The notes under the pieces are model-generated. The model had not been told where the DNA came from. It saw only the letters and a list, made by a program, of their open reading frames with translations, and ran no database searches. This document shows, in pieces, positions 50,201 through 61,621 of a DNA stretch of 64,000 nucleotides. This DNA is from Vezdaea acicularis. Its lineage: Eukaryota. Each line of letters begins with the position of its first letter. The first letter of the stretch is position 1. The DNA lies in contig JAPEUI010000022.1 of assembly GCA_026025075.1 (NCBI GenBank), positions 1 to 64,000 of the forward strand. Reading direction: 5' to 3'. Position numbers and translations under genes: made by a program.

Positions 50201-51506
50201 GGGCACAGCGTCGCCGCTTAAGCCCGAGCTTTTCATTAAACACTTCCAAACTAAGTCTGACAGGGTGCCTCTCGTTGCGGCTGTTGCGTTAGGCCGCGCT
50301 GGGGCAGGCAATGTAGCGGCCTATCTTCCAACCATTATGAAAACTATGGATACTTCTGGGGTTCCTCAGAGTCAATATCTGCTTCTTCATTCTATAAAAG
50401 AAATCCTGCAGTACGCAAGCGATATGGATACTGATGTCGCACCTTATGCGCCGCAGATATGGTCAAAACTGCTCGAGACGTCGAGAGCAGAAGACAACAA
50501 AGCTGTGGGAGCTGAGTGTATCGGAAGACTGGCATTGATAGACCCCAAAACGTATCTGTCTGCCTTACAGGTGAGTTTCACTGATCCCTCGGAGATCTTG
50601 AAAGGAGATTATAAGTGGCTGTGAATTCATTACATCTTCGGCCTGTTGCCTAACTCCTGAATAGGGCTATCTCTCCGACTCTGATCCTGCAGTCAGGGCC
50701 ATGGTCATTCAGGCACTCCGATACACTCTTGCCGATGTGGACGAGGCTTATGACGATGTCCTCAAGCCAATCCTAATCCCAATCCTCGCAACTATATTAC
50801 AAGACGATGCACTTGAGAACCAACGTCTTGCGCTTACCACTCTAAATTCCGCCGCACACAACAAACCTGAAATTATCTTACCAAATCTTGGGAGATTGCT
50901 ACCTGTCGTCATGGAAGCAACTTACGTCAAGCCAGAACTTATCAGGGAGGTGATGATGGGACCTTTCAAGCATAAGGTGGATGACGGCTTGGACGTCCGC
51001 AAGGTAGGTGATATTCACGGTCCATTCCTGAGCAGATCGCAGCTTTCTAATCCTTCGTTAAGAGCGCTTATGAGACCTTGTACGCGCTGATGGAGACCGC
51101 CTTCACTCGCATCAACGTTGTCGAGCTTTTCGACCGTGTTTTAACTGGACTGGAGGATGAGCACGACATTCGAGTCCTGTGCAACTTGATGCTCGCCAAA
51201 CTAATAGTGCTCGATCCCGAGGAGACTACTCGGCGCCTAGATGCCATCGCCCAGCGTTTCCAGAAAATACTGTCATCAAAGCTCAAGGAGAATGCAGTGA
51301 AGCAAGAGGTCGAAAAATCGGAGGAAGCTTCAAAGAGCGTGCTGAATGTGGCCTTCTCTCTGAATGAGGCCTTTCCAGCTGCGGCGTCTGCGTCCACTGC
51401 GGCGGGAACTCATGGAGATTGGCGCTCTTTCTGGGAATGGGTAAGAAAGGAGTTTAGCGCACAGCTCAGATTTCTGGAGAACCAAGGCAAAGATCGCATG
51501 GGCTAA
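47252..51506 (+). CDS. CAND1: Cullin-associated NEDD8-dissociated protein 1 (HEAT repeats, TIP120), 4 exons
   Basis: KLTDPDADFRFMSLNDL, LDDQNGEVQNLAIK, YDPN, DDDDMTWKVRRCAAK, RFREREDNV, MGPFKHKVDDGLDVRK/SAYETLY motifs. Confidence 0.95.
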
Positions 51507-53142
51507 GGGGTTCCGGTGCTCTATGCGGAGACGTAGGAGTACGGAAACCTCGAAATGACGAAGTCGGACTCGCCTCATGTAAACATTCAGAGGCTGAGGA
51601 ACCGTATGTATGGATCTAGATAATACTCATAGCGAGGTGCGCCAGAGCAATATACTGAATCCCATTGGCCCTTGAGCTGCGCTTTGCGATTCGAAGTGTC
51701 AGACAGGGGACGGCGCCGTGCCAATGCGAGGGCTGTTGAGACGAGATGGTCTGTGCGCCGCTGGAGGTGGCCGCCAGTGGCCTACACCGCTGATTGGTCA
51801 GCATCTATGGTAGACACAGAAGGCGTTAGGCTAGCGCGGTTCCGCCAAGAGGTGGCGTCCAAGTTTTGCGTCTCTCCATGGTCCGCTCGTCAGCTAAAAC
51901 CATATGTTGCAGCTACAGAACACATCTCATCCTATGCTCAGCAGCCTCTGTAAGTTTTCCAAATACAATTGCATCTCTGGAATCGTGGTGCTGGAAGCAT
52001 GGAAAGTTTGAGTCTAGAGTCTTGGTGGAACAGCCTGAGCTCTGACCCCTGGTACTGTCATGTATTCATCATCGGGAGAGTATGCGGGGGGGCGGCCCGA
52101 AGCGACGCCACGGTACTTAGCCTGCGCTTGCGTGAGGAGTGATCCTTTGGGGCACAGACCAATCGCTCGTCCAGGTGGCCAAGCACGTGCCAAGTAGAAC
52201 CTCATGGGAACCGTGCACCGCAGGGCGCCCGACCGCCTACTCCACTGGAGTTGCCATACAAGTGAAGTCTAAAGGAATGCCGCACGTCAACGTGTATGAG
52301 AGAGTGAGGCCCAGCTGAAATAATGCGCCCCCACGCCCCGCCTCCTCTCGCACGCCAAGCTAGTGGGAGGGGCAGCTTCCGTCACTCCGCGGAAGGTCGG
52401 GGCCACGACTGGTCGTCGCTGTGTAACGACAACGACAGTAGCAAGCTCCTACGACTAAGGACGGGCTTCAGTGGTTACGGAGTGCGGGGAACGGGCATAA
52501 GCTTCCGGGTCCCCATGCTCTAGTCTTCCGCTCTCTACTACGCCTTGGCGCATGGTCGCTATCTCATACTTAACGGAAGAACGAATAGCAATGGCGGATG
52601 CAACGCGAGCAGCGCTCTACTTGGCCACGGCGTTTCTGTACCACCAGCCCGACGTGTCTGTCAATCCGACGATATCAACACCATCAGGACGCATACCCGT
52701 GCATGGAAAGCGAGAAGATCCTCCGACCCCTCGGTCATGTGCTCCCGTCGGCCAGACCCGCTCTCCGTGGCTGGCTGAGCCTGGTGAGCTGGCTGGTCTA
52801 TCAGGCAGGAGCTCGAGGCCGCGGCGTCTACACATCCTTCCCCTTGCGGAAATGGAGAAGGCGCGTTCCACCAGGACAGGCAAGACCAACGTAGCTCGTG
52901 TGCCTTGGCTGACTCCACGCGAGCTGAACGGCCTTGCTCTTACCCCGCTCAAGCTCCCACTGGACTTCACTTGCCTCGATGGTCACACTCGACCACGACC
53001 TGGCGATGCTTGTGGGCTTCTGCTGAAACTCCCTCTTCTCATATAAGGTTGAGCAAGATCCCCCTCCTCCTTTCTCCGTTCTAGACACCCTTCACGGTCT
53101 ACAACTTTGTCCTTCTCTAGACTCACACTAGACGTAAACACC

Positions 53143-55565
53143 ATGACATACCCGATTACAGGCATCAAAGCCGGCCTCGGGCCTGGTGAACAGGTCCCGC
53201 TTCGACGGGAAATCGATGAGTGGTGGTTTTCGAAGAACGAAAACGACCTGAACCAAAGATCGTTGTTCATTTATGCCCTTCACAACTTCATGAACATCGA
53301 CCCGGATGAACAGCTTTCTTACTTTAGCATTGCCGGTAAAGCTCCTCACCCGCAGCCTATTGCCTGTTCACTACCATTTTGTTGAACCATTCTTGTGATA
53401 GGTATCCATGGTGAACCCATCCAGCCATGGGACTCAACGAATAAGGACTGGTGGTTCTGCGCACACGGGGTACCGGAATTTTGCTTCTGGCACAGACCCT
53501 ATGTTCTCCTGTACGAACAACGTCTCTACGAGGAGATGCGGAAGCTCATCCCTACTACTTTTGCCGCTGTTGATCACGATGCTATGTACAAAGCTGCGGA
53601 CACCTTTCGATTCCCTTACTGGGATTGGGCAATGAAAAAGCCAGACTGGGATCCGACGAATCCGGATAGCCCGAAGAACCTTGGGCCCCCAGTTGGACCC
53701 AATGTGCCATATATTATTACTCAAGAAAATGTTTCTGTGAAGACGATCACCGGGACGACCAATGTCCCTAATCCCATGTGGAAGTTCATACTGCCGCACA
53801 ATAAACTTAGTCCGAAGAAGACAACCTTCGGTGACTATGGTATCACCAACTATCAATCACAAGATAAGGGAAAGCCTGTCACTATACCAGTAACCTCTCC
53901 ATTGAATCCTGTGAAGCATGGCTTAATGATTATGTAGTATCCCACCTGTAAGGCAACAAGCAGACATCCAACAACGTATACCTCAAGCGACCCGAACTAT
54001 GAGTCAGCCTGGGTAAACGGCGATAAACAGAATTGGAATATCATCACTGGTGAGATCCGAGGATCCAAGGCCGTCGACAGTAACACCTTACCCGAGGCTG
54101 TATATCGTCTCTTCTCCACTCGTCCTTCGTATGTTCAGTTTGCAACAGAGGGATGGGTGGAAGGGCAACCCCCAAAACGTTACAGCAGTTTGGAGGGTAA
54201 GCTTTCAAATCTGAAACTATGGTCGTGCATTCTTTTCTGAAGAGCTTTAGCTGTACATGGAGCAATCCACGTTTACACAGGTGGGAACGGTCAGATGGGC
54301 GCCGTCCCCGTCGCCGCTTTCGATCCAATCTTTTGGTCAGTATGAACTGAGTCCTAGAATTACAATCAGCTAATCCGGAACAGGATGCATCACTGGTACG
54401 GGGGATATATGAGCTTTCCCTCGGAGTTCTAGCTAATGAGATACTAGTAACATTGACCGGCTTTTCGCCATGTGGCAAGGCTTGTACAACGACAAGTTCC
54501 TTGACTGGATCGCGAAGTCTCCAAATCCAAAAGAACCAGTCGCCCCCTTTTCTCAGGACAGCAAGGGTACACCGTACATCCCAATCGCCTGCAATGATCA
54601 ACGAAAGGATATGGGCTACACGTATCCCGAGTTGCAGGTCTGGTTACCAGAGTACAAGACGAATGGCGTGTTCGACACAGTCAAATTCCAGACCGCTCTC
54701 CGTGCAGCAATTGAAGTGAAATACAGCACGACGGGCAAATCTCTCTTGCAGCTCCCTAAGAATGCTCGGACCGCTAAGGTTCTTATGTCTAACGTGGCCC
54801 CACGCAGCCTTGCTGTTGAGAATTTCCCTCAACCGCTTGTGCAGGAAGCCATAAGTTTGAAAGCAGAGAAGCCACTCCCCATTACTCCCACCGAGCAAAA
54901 ATGGGAGGAGAACGACTACGTCGTAAATGTTGTCTACGACAGGTAGGCCTCTTCACACTCCACTAGAGCTGTCCACTAACCGCCTATAGATTTGCTCTAG
55001 ACGGAAACCCCTTCCTCATACGCATATTCCTAGGAGACGTCCCCCCAGGGCCTCCTTATTATTTCTCGGACACCCCCACGCAGGTCGGTCTGGTTTATAA
55101 CTTTAGCGCCCCCGCACATCGACGCGGCGCAAGTCCTGAAGGCTGTAAGAATTGCAAAACTCAGCAAGAAGAGGGTCAGTTGAGTAGTGGCCAGGTAATC
55201 TTGACGGACTATCTTGCCGAGAACATCCGAAAGCATATTGAACTTCGTGGGCTCGAGCTGGAGACGCTCTCTCGGGCGGACGTCGTCGAATATTTGAGGA
55301 AGAATCTCCATTGGCGCGTTTCAAACGTAAGCTACTGTTCTTGAGCATCGCCTTCTCTTAGCGCACACGCTGACTATTTTCATAGCAAAACGATGTCACA
55401 GTGCCAAAGGAGACGATGCCTTCGCTTAAGATCTCCGTAGCGACGGCTAAGGCTACTCACTATCTTGAAACGGCACGTTTCTCAGAGTATGGCGACTATG
55501 AGGTTTTGTGGGATGTCACAGAGGGCCGTCTTGGGGGCGCCAACCGCGGAGACCTGGGCCTTTGA
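53143..55565 (+). CDS. Cytosolic fungal tyrosinase (type-3 copper) with C-terminal shielding domain, about 8 exons
   Basis: CuA: IAG/IHG, CAHG, FCFWHRPY; FRFPYWDW; CuB: SLE/AVHGAIH..FDPIFW/MHHC/NIDRLFAMWQ; MGYTYPE; C-terminal GCKNCK; TATA-like ATATAA near 53041; no signal peptide. Confidence 0.93.
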
Positions 55566-56213
55566 GCGAAGGAATCCTCGACATAGCTGATAGTAGCTGA
55601 AATCCTCTGGCTATTGCTATACGACGAGAAAAGCATGCATATCGCTGATAGCAACGGATGTAATCTTACAGTTGCAAGGAATAAATGTTGCTAGGGATAG
55701 TCCCTCTTTACCGTTAGTAAATTCAAATTTATCTATTAAGTTTTTAGAGAGGACTTGCTGCGGAAGTACATTGTAAACCCAGGACCAACATCCCGTATCA
55801 CTAGCTAAGTGGTGAAGCTCCGGAAACCCTCCTAGACAATGAGATCAGGCCTTTTTTTTGTTTGGCAGAGAGACAGACGGGCATAAGTCCAGGCTCCAAC
55901 GCGGCCATTCTTCCTTGAACTTATCAGGCCCCTGAGCCCAGCTCCTGTGACCAAGAACGAAGGCCAGAGAACTCGCCCATGAGAGAACTTACCAATAGCT
56001 CTGACGGAACTTTCCCTCATGCAACGATGCGGAAGGGCGCGTTTCATCCCTCCGGTTTTGTGACACCGGATCCCGGTGGAGGTAGGTGGGCGAAATATCT
56101 GAATACAGGCTGGCCTCGCTCCACACGTCAAAGCGTCAAAGCGTCAAAGCGCACGAAGACTTTTGGTCTCCTCGCTGTTCCGCCTCGGCCGTGTGGTGCC
56201 TCGTGTTTTTTTT

Positions 56214-56583
56214 GGGCCCGGATAGAATGCAGAGAAGCTAAGCGCTTTAGCGCGTCCTAGCGCTCAATTTCGCCTGCTCTTTTAGACAGGCCTTTCTGCG
56301 CATACCACTTCAACGCCTGTGTCGCGTCTTAGGCCTCGACTATTCAGCAAGCTTCAGACGCTCAATAACGCGCCCGTTTCCTTGAGATCCTGCTTGCACT
56401 ATGAATAGCTTCACTTCGCTCGGACCAGTCATAGTCTAATTGAATTCAAACGTGAAAAGCGCCGTGAAGCGCCGTGAAAAGCGCCGGTTGTGATTTGTGC
56501 TTCTTGTGTATTTTGCGCGTGGAAAAGGCCTTTAAAGCGGCGTGACGCTATCTCCTTAGATTCTCTGCATTCTATCCGGGCCC
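56214..56583. mobile_element. MITE with GGGCCC-initiated TIRs in a poly-T target (Mutator-like or PIF/Tourist-like)
   Basis: Perfect 23-bp inverted repeat GGGCCCGGATAGAATGCAGAGAA ... TTCTCTGCATTCTATCCGGGCCC; T8 on the left flank, T9 on the right. Confidence 0.8.
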
Positions 56584-56718
56584 TTTTTTTTTCCTCGATG
56601 ACTTGCAATGCGGCCAGCCGCTCCCGATCATTTGCCATGCGCACCACTTGCCTCGCCGGCCACTTGCCTCGCCGATCATTTGCCTCGCCGATCACTTGCC
56701 TCACTGACCCGCTACATA

Positions 56719-56976
56719 CAGTGCTGTGTTATAAGTCTTCGTCCGATTCTAGCGACGCAGCACCGCATCAAAACACGTGCCTAGATAAACACGTCATGTC
56801 AGCACCAAATCTGGGCCAAAATGTATAATTCAGGTGTCAAAATAATCTAAAACCATAGATATTTAGCTTTGTCGATTTTGATTTTCGATCTTTGCGCTGT
56901 GGCGGTAGATGTGTTGCGAATGGTTGTGCCCTAAATACTCGGCTGAAATCGGACGAAGACTTATGACATGGGACTG
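56719..56976. mobile_element. Tc1/mariner-type MITE, 258 bp, TA target duplication
   Basis: TA+CAGTGCTGTGTTATAAGTCTTCGTCCGATT ... AATCGGACGAAGACTTATGACATGGGACTG+TA (26/30 match). Confidence 0.85.
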
Positions 56977-57099
56977 TACATCCTTCCCTAGCCTGCCAAG
57001 CGACCAATCGAAAAACTTGTGGTTGACCTTCACGATAGCTGGGTCGAGTGTGTGATTCAGCGGTAGTGACAGCAAGGAGGACGCCATCGTAATACCTGC

Positions 57100-57359
57100 T
57101 GAGAGGCCGTCCTTCTGTACAATTGAGCGATAAGGCACTTTGTGCCGCACAAGCGCCAGGATGGCCGAGGTTTTTCGAGGGGTCAGATGTCTGTTTACTA
57201 GCATTATGATATGATCGGATACTTCTATAACTATCTACAGCTTCAAAAGTGAAAAATATATAACGATTGAGTATACCCCGCTACCCTTCTCACCGCTTCT
57301 TTTAAACGCTAACGGATTGCGCAATTTTAGGGCGTTCCGATTCTTTTTTGAGCCAACTG
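57100..57359 (-). mobile_element. Truncated 5' end of a Tc1-like element (solo TIR plus transposase N-terminus)
   Basis: Minus strand TA+CAGTTGGCTCAAAAAAGAATCGGAACGCCC, then ATG 57204 MLVNRHLTPRKTSAILALVRHKVPYRSIVQKDGLS resembling a Tc1 N-terminal HTH; no partner TIR found; inner boundary approximate. Confidence 0.55.
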
Positions 57360-58458
57360 TACAGCTCCCTCGGTCAGGAGTGGGGAAATGTGCGTAACTA
57401 AGGCCTTGCCTTGTGTCACTGAGACTAGATTGAGCTTGGATGATGCAAAGTCTCTGGTTTGGGATATTCCTCCTGATGCCTGCCCGAAGAATTTGCGCCT
57501 GGATAATCGTTGACGCGTCACGTGTACTAAATTGATAGGGCGGGAAGTGGGGGATGGGAGACGGGGTGACGGGCGAGTCGGCCACCTCGAAGGAAGTTGG
57601 TCCGGAGACAAGTTGGGAAGCTTTCCGGACCGGTCGGAAAAATTTGCCTACTGTAGGAGAAGTCAGAAGTGATTCATTGATGCAATGAACACTTCCCAGT
57701 GATTTCCGATCACTTTCGACTTTTTCTCATACTTAGGCAACGAAACACTTCAAGGCAACTGACGTTGGTCTGCCAGGGCGCTGACTCGGACGGTGGCGCA
57801 GTCAGGATTTCCAGCGCCAAAGTAATAGCCTGTGGGTGGCATGCATTGAGATTATTCGAGCCGGCGAGGGACACGTATCGACTTCAATGTCCAGGGTCTT
57901 GCGGATAAGTTCATTCGCCTGGTTTGAAACGTCACCCATAGTCGCAGGTAACGAGGGCTCGGAAATTAGAAAGAGCCTCAAAAGCTTGGCAGGGTGACGA
58001 CAGCGATGGTCCGCCGCAGGGACCCTGGTCACTTCGCCATGTGAACTGATCCGCCCTCGCTACACTCCATTCAAGCCCGCTATGCTCCACTCAAGCCCGC
58101 TCGCTCGCCCGCCCGCCCGCCCGCGCCGATTGATGAATTACGCCCGCGACAATCAGGATCGCGCCCGCGGACGACATTTGACGGCGCAGAGGGCAACACT
58201 CGACGGCGTAGAGGGCATCACTCGACAGCGCAGAGGGCAAGCAGCGCAGTCCGTTAAAGACCCGTCGCAGCCAGTTAGGAGGGTCAAGCGCAAGATGACG
58301 CTTATGACAGGGTGAATCTCCCCAGACCTCGCAGCCTCCCGTATTTGGCAGTAGCTAGGAGCCGCCACCCCCAAAGAGGAATGGAATGGGAGATGGAAGA
58401 GGCGGTTCTCTGGCGGGTCAGGTAGCCTGCCGATCTCATACCACACACGGACCCACCA

Positions 58459-58459
58459 G

Positions 58460-58497
<38 letters not shown>

Positions 58498-58604
58498 AGA
58501 GTGTGTGTGTGTGTGTGTATGTGTATGTGTGTGTGTATATATACATTATATATGTGTGTGAGTGTGCGTGTATGTGTATGTGTATATTTAATATATAATA
58601 CGTG

Positions 58605-58665
<61 letters not shown>

Positions 58666-58687
58666 GTGTGTGTATGTGTGGGTGTGG

Positions 58688-58718
<31 letters not shown>

Positions 58719-58733
58719 TGGGTGTGGGTGTGG
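58459..58733. repeat. Compound microsatellite (GC)n-(GA)n-(GT/AT)n-(GT)n-(GGTGTG)n
   Basis: Directly visible; about 275 bp, largely alternating purine-pyrimidine apart from the GA tract. Confidence 0.95.
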
Positions 58734-59646
58734 TAAGGCGAGAGAGGGCCAGAGCGAGAGTGGGACGGCAAGTCAGAGAGAGCGCATACAAATATCCGGC
58801 ACATCGAACATAACCATCCTTGGCGCCCCCCCCGGCTCTTGGCCGTCAGCGATCAGAATTAATTCATCCATCAAGCACTTTTGCTTTTGCCGCTACTCGG
58901 TGACCGCACCGCTGTACTCCTCCTTCATTGACTTCAATCACGATGCCTCGGGCCTGTGGGGTCCATGTATTTAATATGAAGACGCGCCGAAGATGAGGAC
59001 GCGTGGTAGGGAAAGGCGGAAAAAGCCGAACTCTTTCGCCGCCTGAGGGCGTGCGTCCCCCCGCTTGCCACACTGTCGAGAGAGGGGGCCAACCGGACGT
59101 CTACGCTGCGTACATGCTTCGTAGTACCGGCCCGGCAGCGGAAATTTATTCTCGCGAATCCGTACGCTCATTCAAACATTGGTGGAGACACCGCTACTAG
59201 CGTCATTGAGGACGCTGGCAAAACCATGAGTTCTAGTGCCACTGTGATAGCAAACATTCGATACCAGAGGGGGGCCGCAGGACACCGCATAGGTGCGGAA
59301 GCCTGTGACACCAAGGCAATTCCCTTTACGAATCTGGTCGTCAAAACGGCATGACATATAACGTGCCTGATCCCGCCACAGACTGAACGCTCTGCCACCT
59401 TGCTCGGTCCATTCTCTATGATAGACACGTTCTCCGCGCACAGCTGTCCTGACGTTGCCCTGGTCCCTTGTCGCTTTTCACTGACTTGTCGTCCCGGTCT
59501 CGAGTGCTTCTCTATTTAGGTCGCAGACATTGACTTTAGGGGTTATACAACGTCTCGCCCCATTTTCTGCTGCTATATCAGCGCTGACACGCCCACTTTC
59601 CTCACGCTCTTCCGTTATTATCCAACTCTCGCTGCCATCACAGAAA

Positions 59647-60442
59647 ATGTCGGTCTCGAAGAAAGTGGACGCTAGTAATGGCTCCGGCCAAGGTCTTCGC
59701 ACGGCGATTCGGTCTTCACGCTATTCATCAAGCGTCCAGGAAACAGCGGTTTCAACGAACCCTTCTCAGAGTCGCACTGTTGATTCTTCATACTTCAATG
59801 GGGACTCGACCACGACAGCTTCTGCTGCTTACGAGGACATCGATCGTCTTCGCTATCCACTTGGATCATACGATCCGTATCAGGGTCAGCTTCATAGATC
59901 GAGTTTTGGCTCCGAGTCTAACCGTGACTATGTGACAGCATCTCGTCACTCTCGCATAGCGCAACCGGGAGATGCGATCTATGGTATGGCTCAGTTTGAC
60001 GGGGTTCCCACACAGACAGCTCGACAAGGTATCCATCGATTCGTATCTCTGCCCGCATATGTTAAGTATGTCGCTGACTTGTCATTCGGGCATAGATCCC
60101 CTTAACCAGGAAGACGTCTCTCGCTTTTCGCCAGCGATGCGTTCGATGCTCAACACTGCGCCCATCGATGAGGCCTGGACAACAGATGTTGCATACGCTC
60201 GTAGGGTCGTCGACATGGATTTGAGCCAACAAATTGACTTCGACCTCATCGATCTTAGCCGTGATGGCGGCGGTACGAATAACATCGAGGATGACGGTGA
60301 TGCTGGTCGCGAAGAGGAACAACGCACAGAGTGGTCCGTGCACTCTCAAAACGGTGAGCTGGACATGCAGAAGCAAATCAAGAAGGGCAAGAAGGGCAAG
60401 AAGAACAAGAAGAACACGAAGTGCAAGAAGCCTTGCTTCTAA
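59647..60442 (+). CDS. Orphan protein with polybasic Cys-containing C-terminus, 2 exons
   Basis: Intron 60029-60095 (GTATCC..GCTGAC..CATAG) joins two ORFs in frame (RQ/DPLNQ); ends KKGKKGKKNKKNTKCKKPCF*. Confidence 0.65.
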
Positions 60443-61621
60443 GCTTCACAGCTAATCAAGACGACAAGCTGATCGAAAGTGTTCGGTCCTTGAAGGCACA
60501 GTGCTGGACAGGCTTGGCGAGGCGTTCCCAAAAGGTCGGATTTCTAAAGATAAGAAGGTTATCGGAAACAAATAAGGATGTTTTTCTTTGCAATATACTC
60601 TCGCAACGCCCATCTGTCCTCTTGCGTGTTTTGGCATCGTTCGCTACTGAATCAGACTTCACCCTGTCGGTTGGGCCCCGATTGTAAGATACTTTCCCGT
60701 AATGCAGCGTAGAAGCTTGATATATTCGGTAAGTCGTCATCGTTTCCTAGTGCTGTTTGGCGATACGGCGATCTGGTATCATACTCTGAGTGCTTCTGAT
60801 ACCGTACCGTTGAACAGCTCTAATGCTCTCTTGTATGCTCATCACTGTCAAAGTCATAAGCGTCATTTCGGGACCTTTCGTTCTTTACATCTTGTTCAAA
60901 AGTTGGTTGTCATTCCCCATTTTCCCCTCGTCCAACGACATCTTTGCCCAAAGGTGCATAAGCCCAATCTGTCAACACGGTATCATCGCTGCAGATATTT
61001 CCAATGGCTAGAGGTCATATGTTTGCAGAAGAAAGAATTGCGCCACGACATAGCAGCCAAAGTCGGTTGAGACGCGGAAACAAATGCTTGAAAGGTATGA
61101 GAGGCTATCAAATGGCCGTCGAAGTTACACTCATGCATGACAGGTCGAGCCGCGGTCGCTAATGATTGGAGCGCCAGGTATGGAAAGAGAAAATGCGGAC
61201 CTAGGATCTTGATACTCACTGTGCGTCTCCATAAAGAGTACTTGGCCTTGGATTGATCAGATTGTTACAGACGCTCATGGTTGAGGTCTAGGAAGGTGGG
61301 GTATATCATATCTACCCCGCCATCTCACCGTCCTGATAAGGCTTTATTAATGAATGCCTTAAAATGACGGCACCAAGTTGCGGGGCAGGTGCGGGGCATG
61401 TCGTACGAATAAGGATTTAAGGAACGATGCACCAGAGTGCTCTCGGGCCACACCAAACTCAAGCCAAGAACACGGCTCACCAATCGTACCAAGGTCTTAG
61501 CTCCTAGCCTTGTCGCAACTAACTTACGAGGCGGGATCCTTTTCAGCAAATGGGTGTGTCGATCTATTTTGATCTGCGACAAATGCGCACCCAATGCAAT
61601 TAGCTTGGACTTGTGGGAAGT

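Noticed and set aside
47252..51506. Possible split CandA as in Aspergillus nidulans
   Set aside because: N- and C-terminal parts lie in one continuous spliced gene here
58386..58974. His-Thr and Val-Cys repeat ORFs
   Set aside because: Translations of the (GT)n microsatellite
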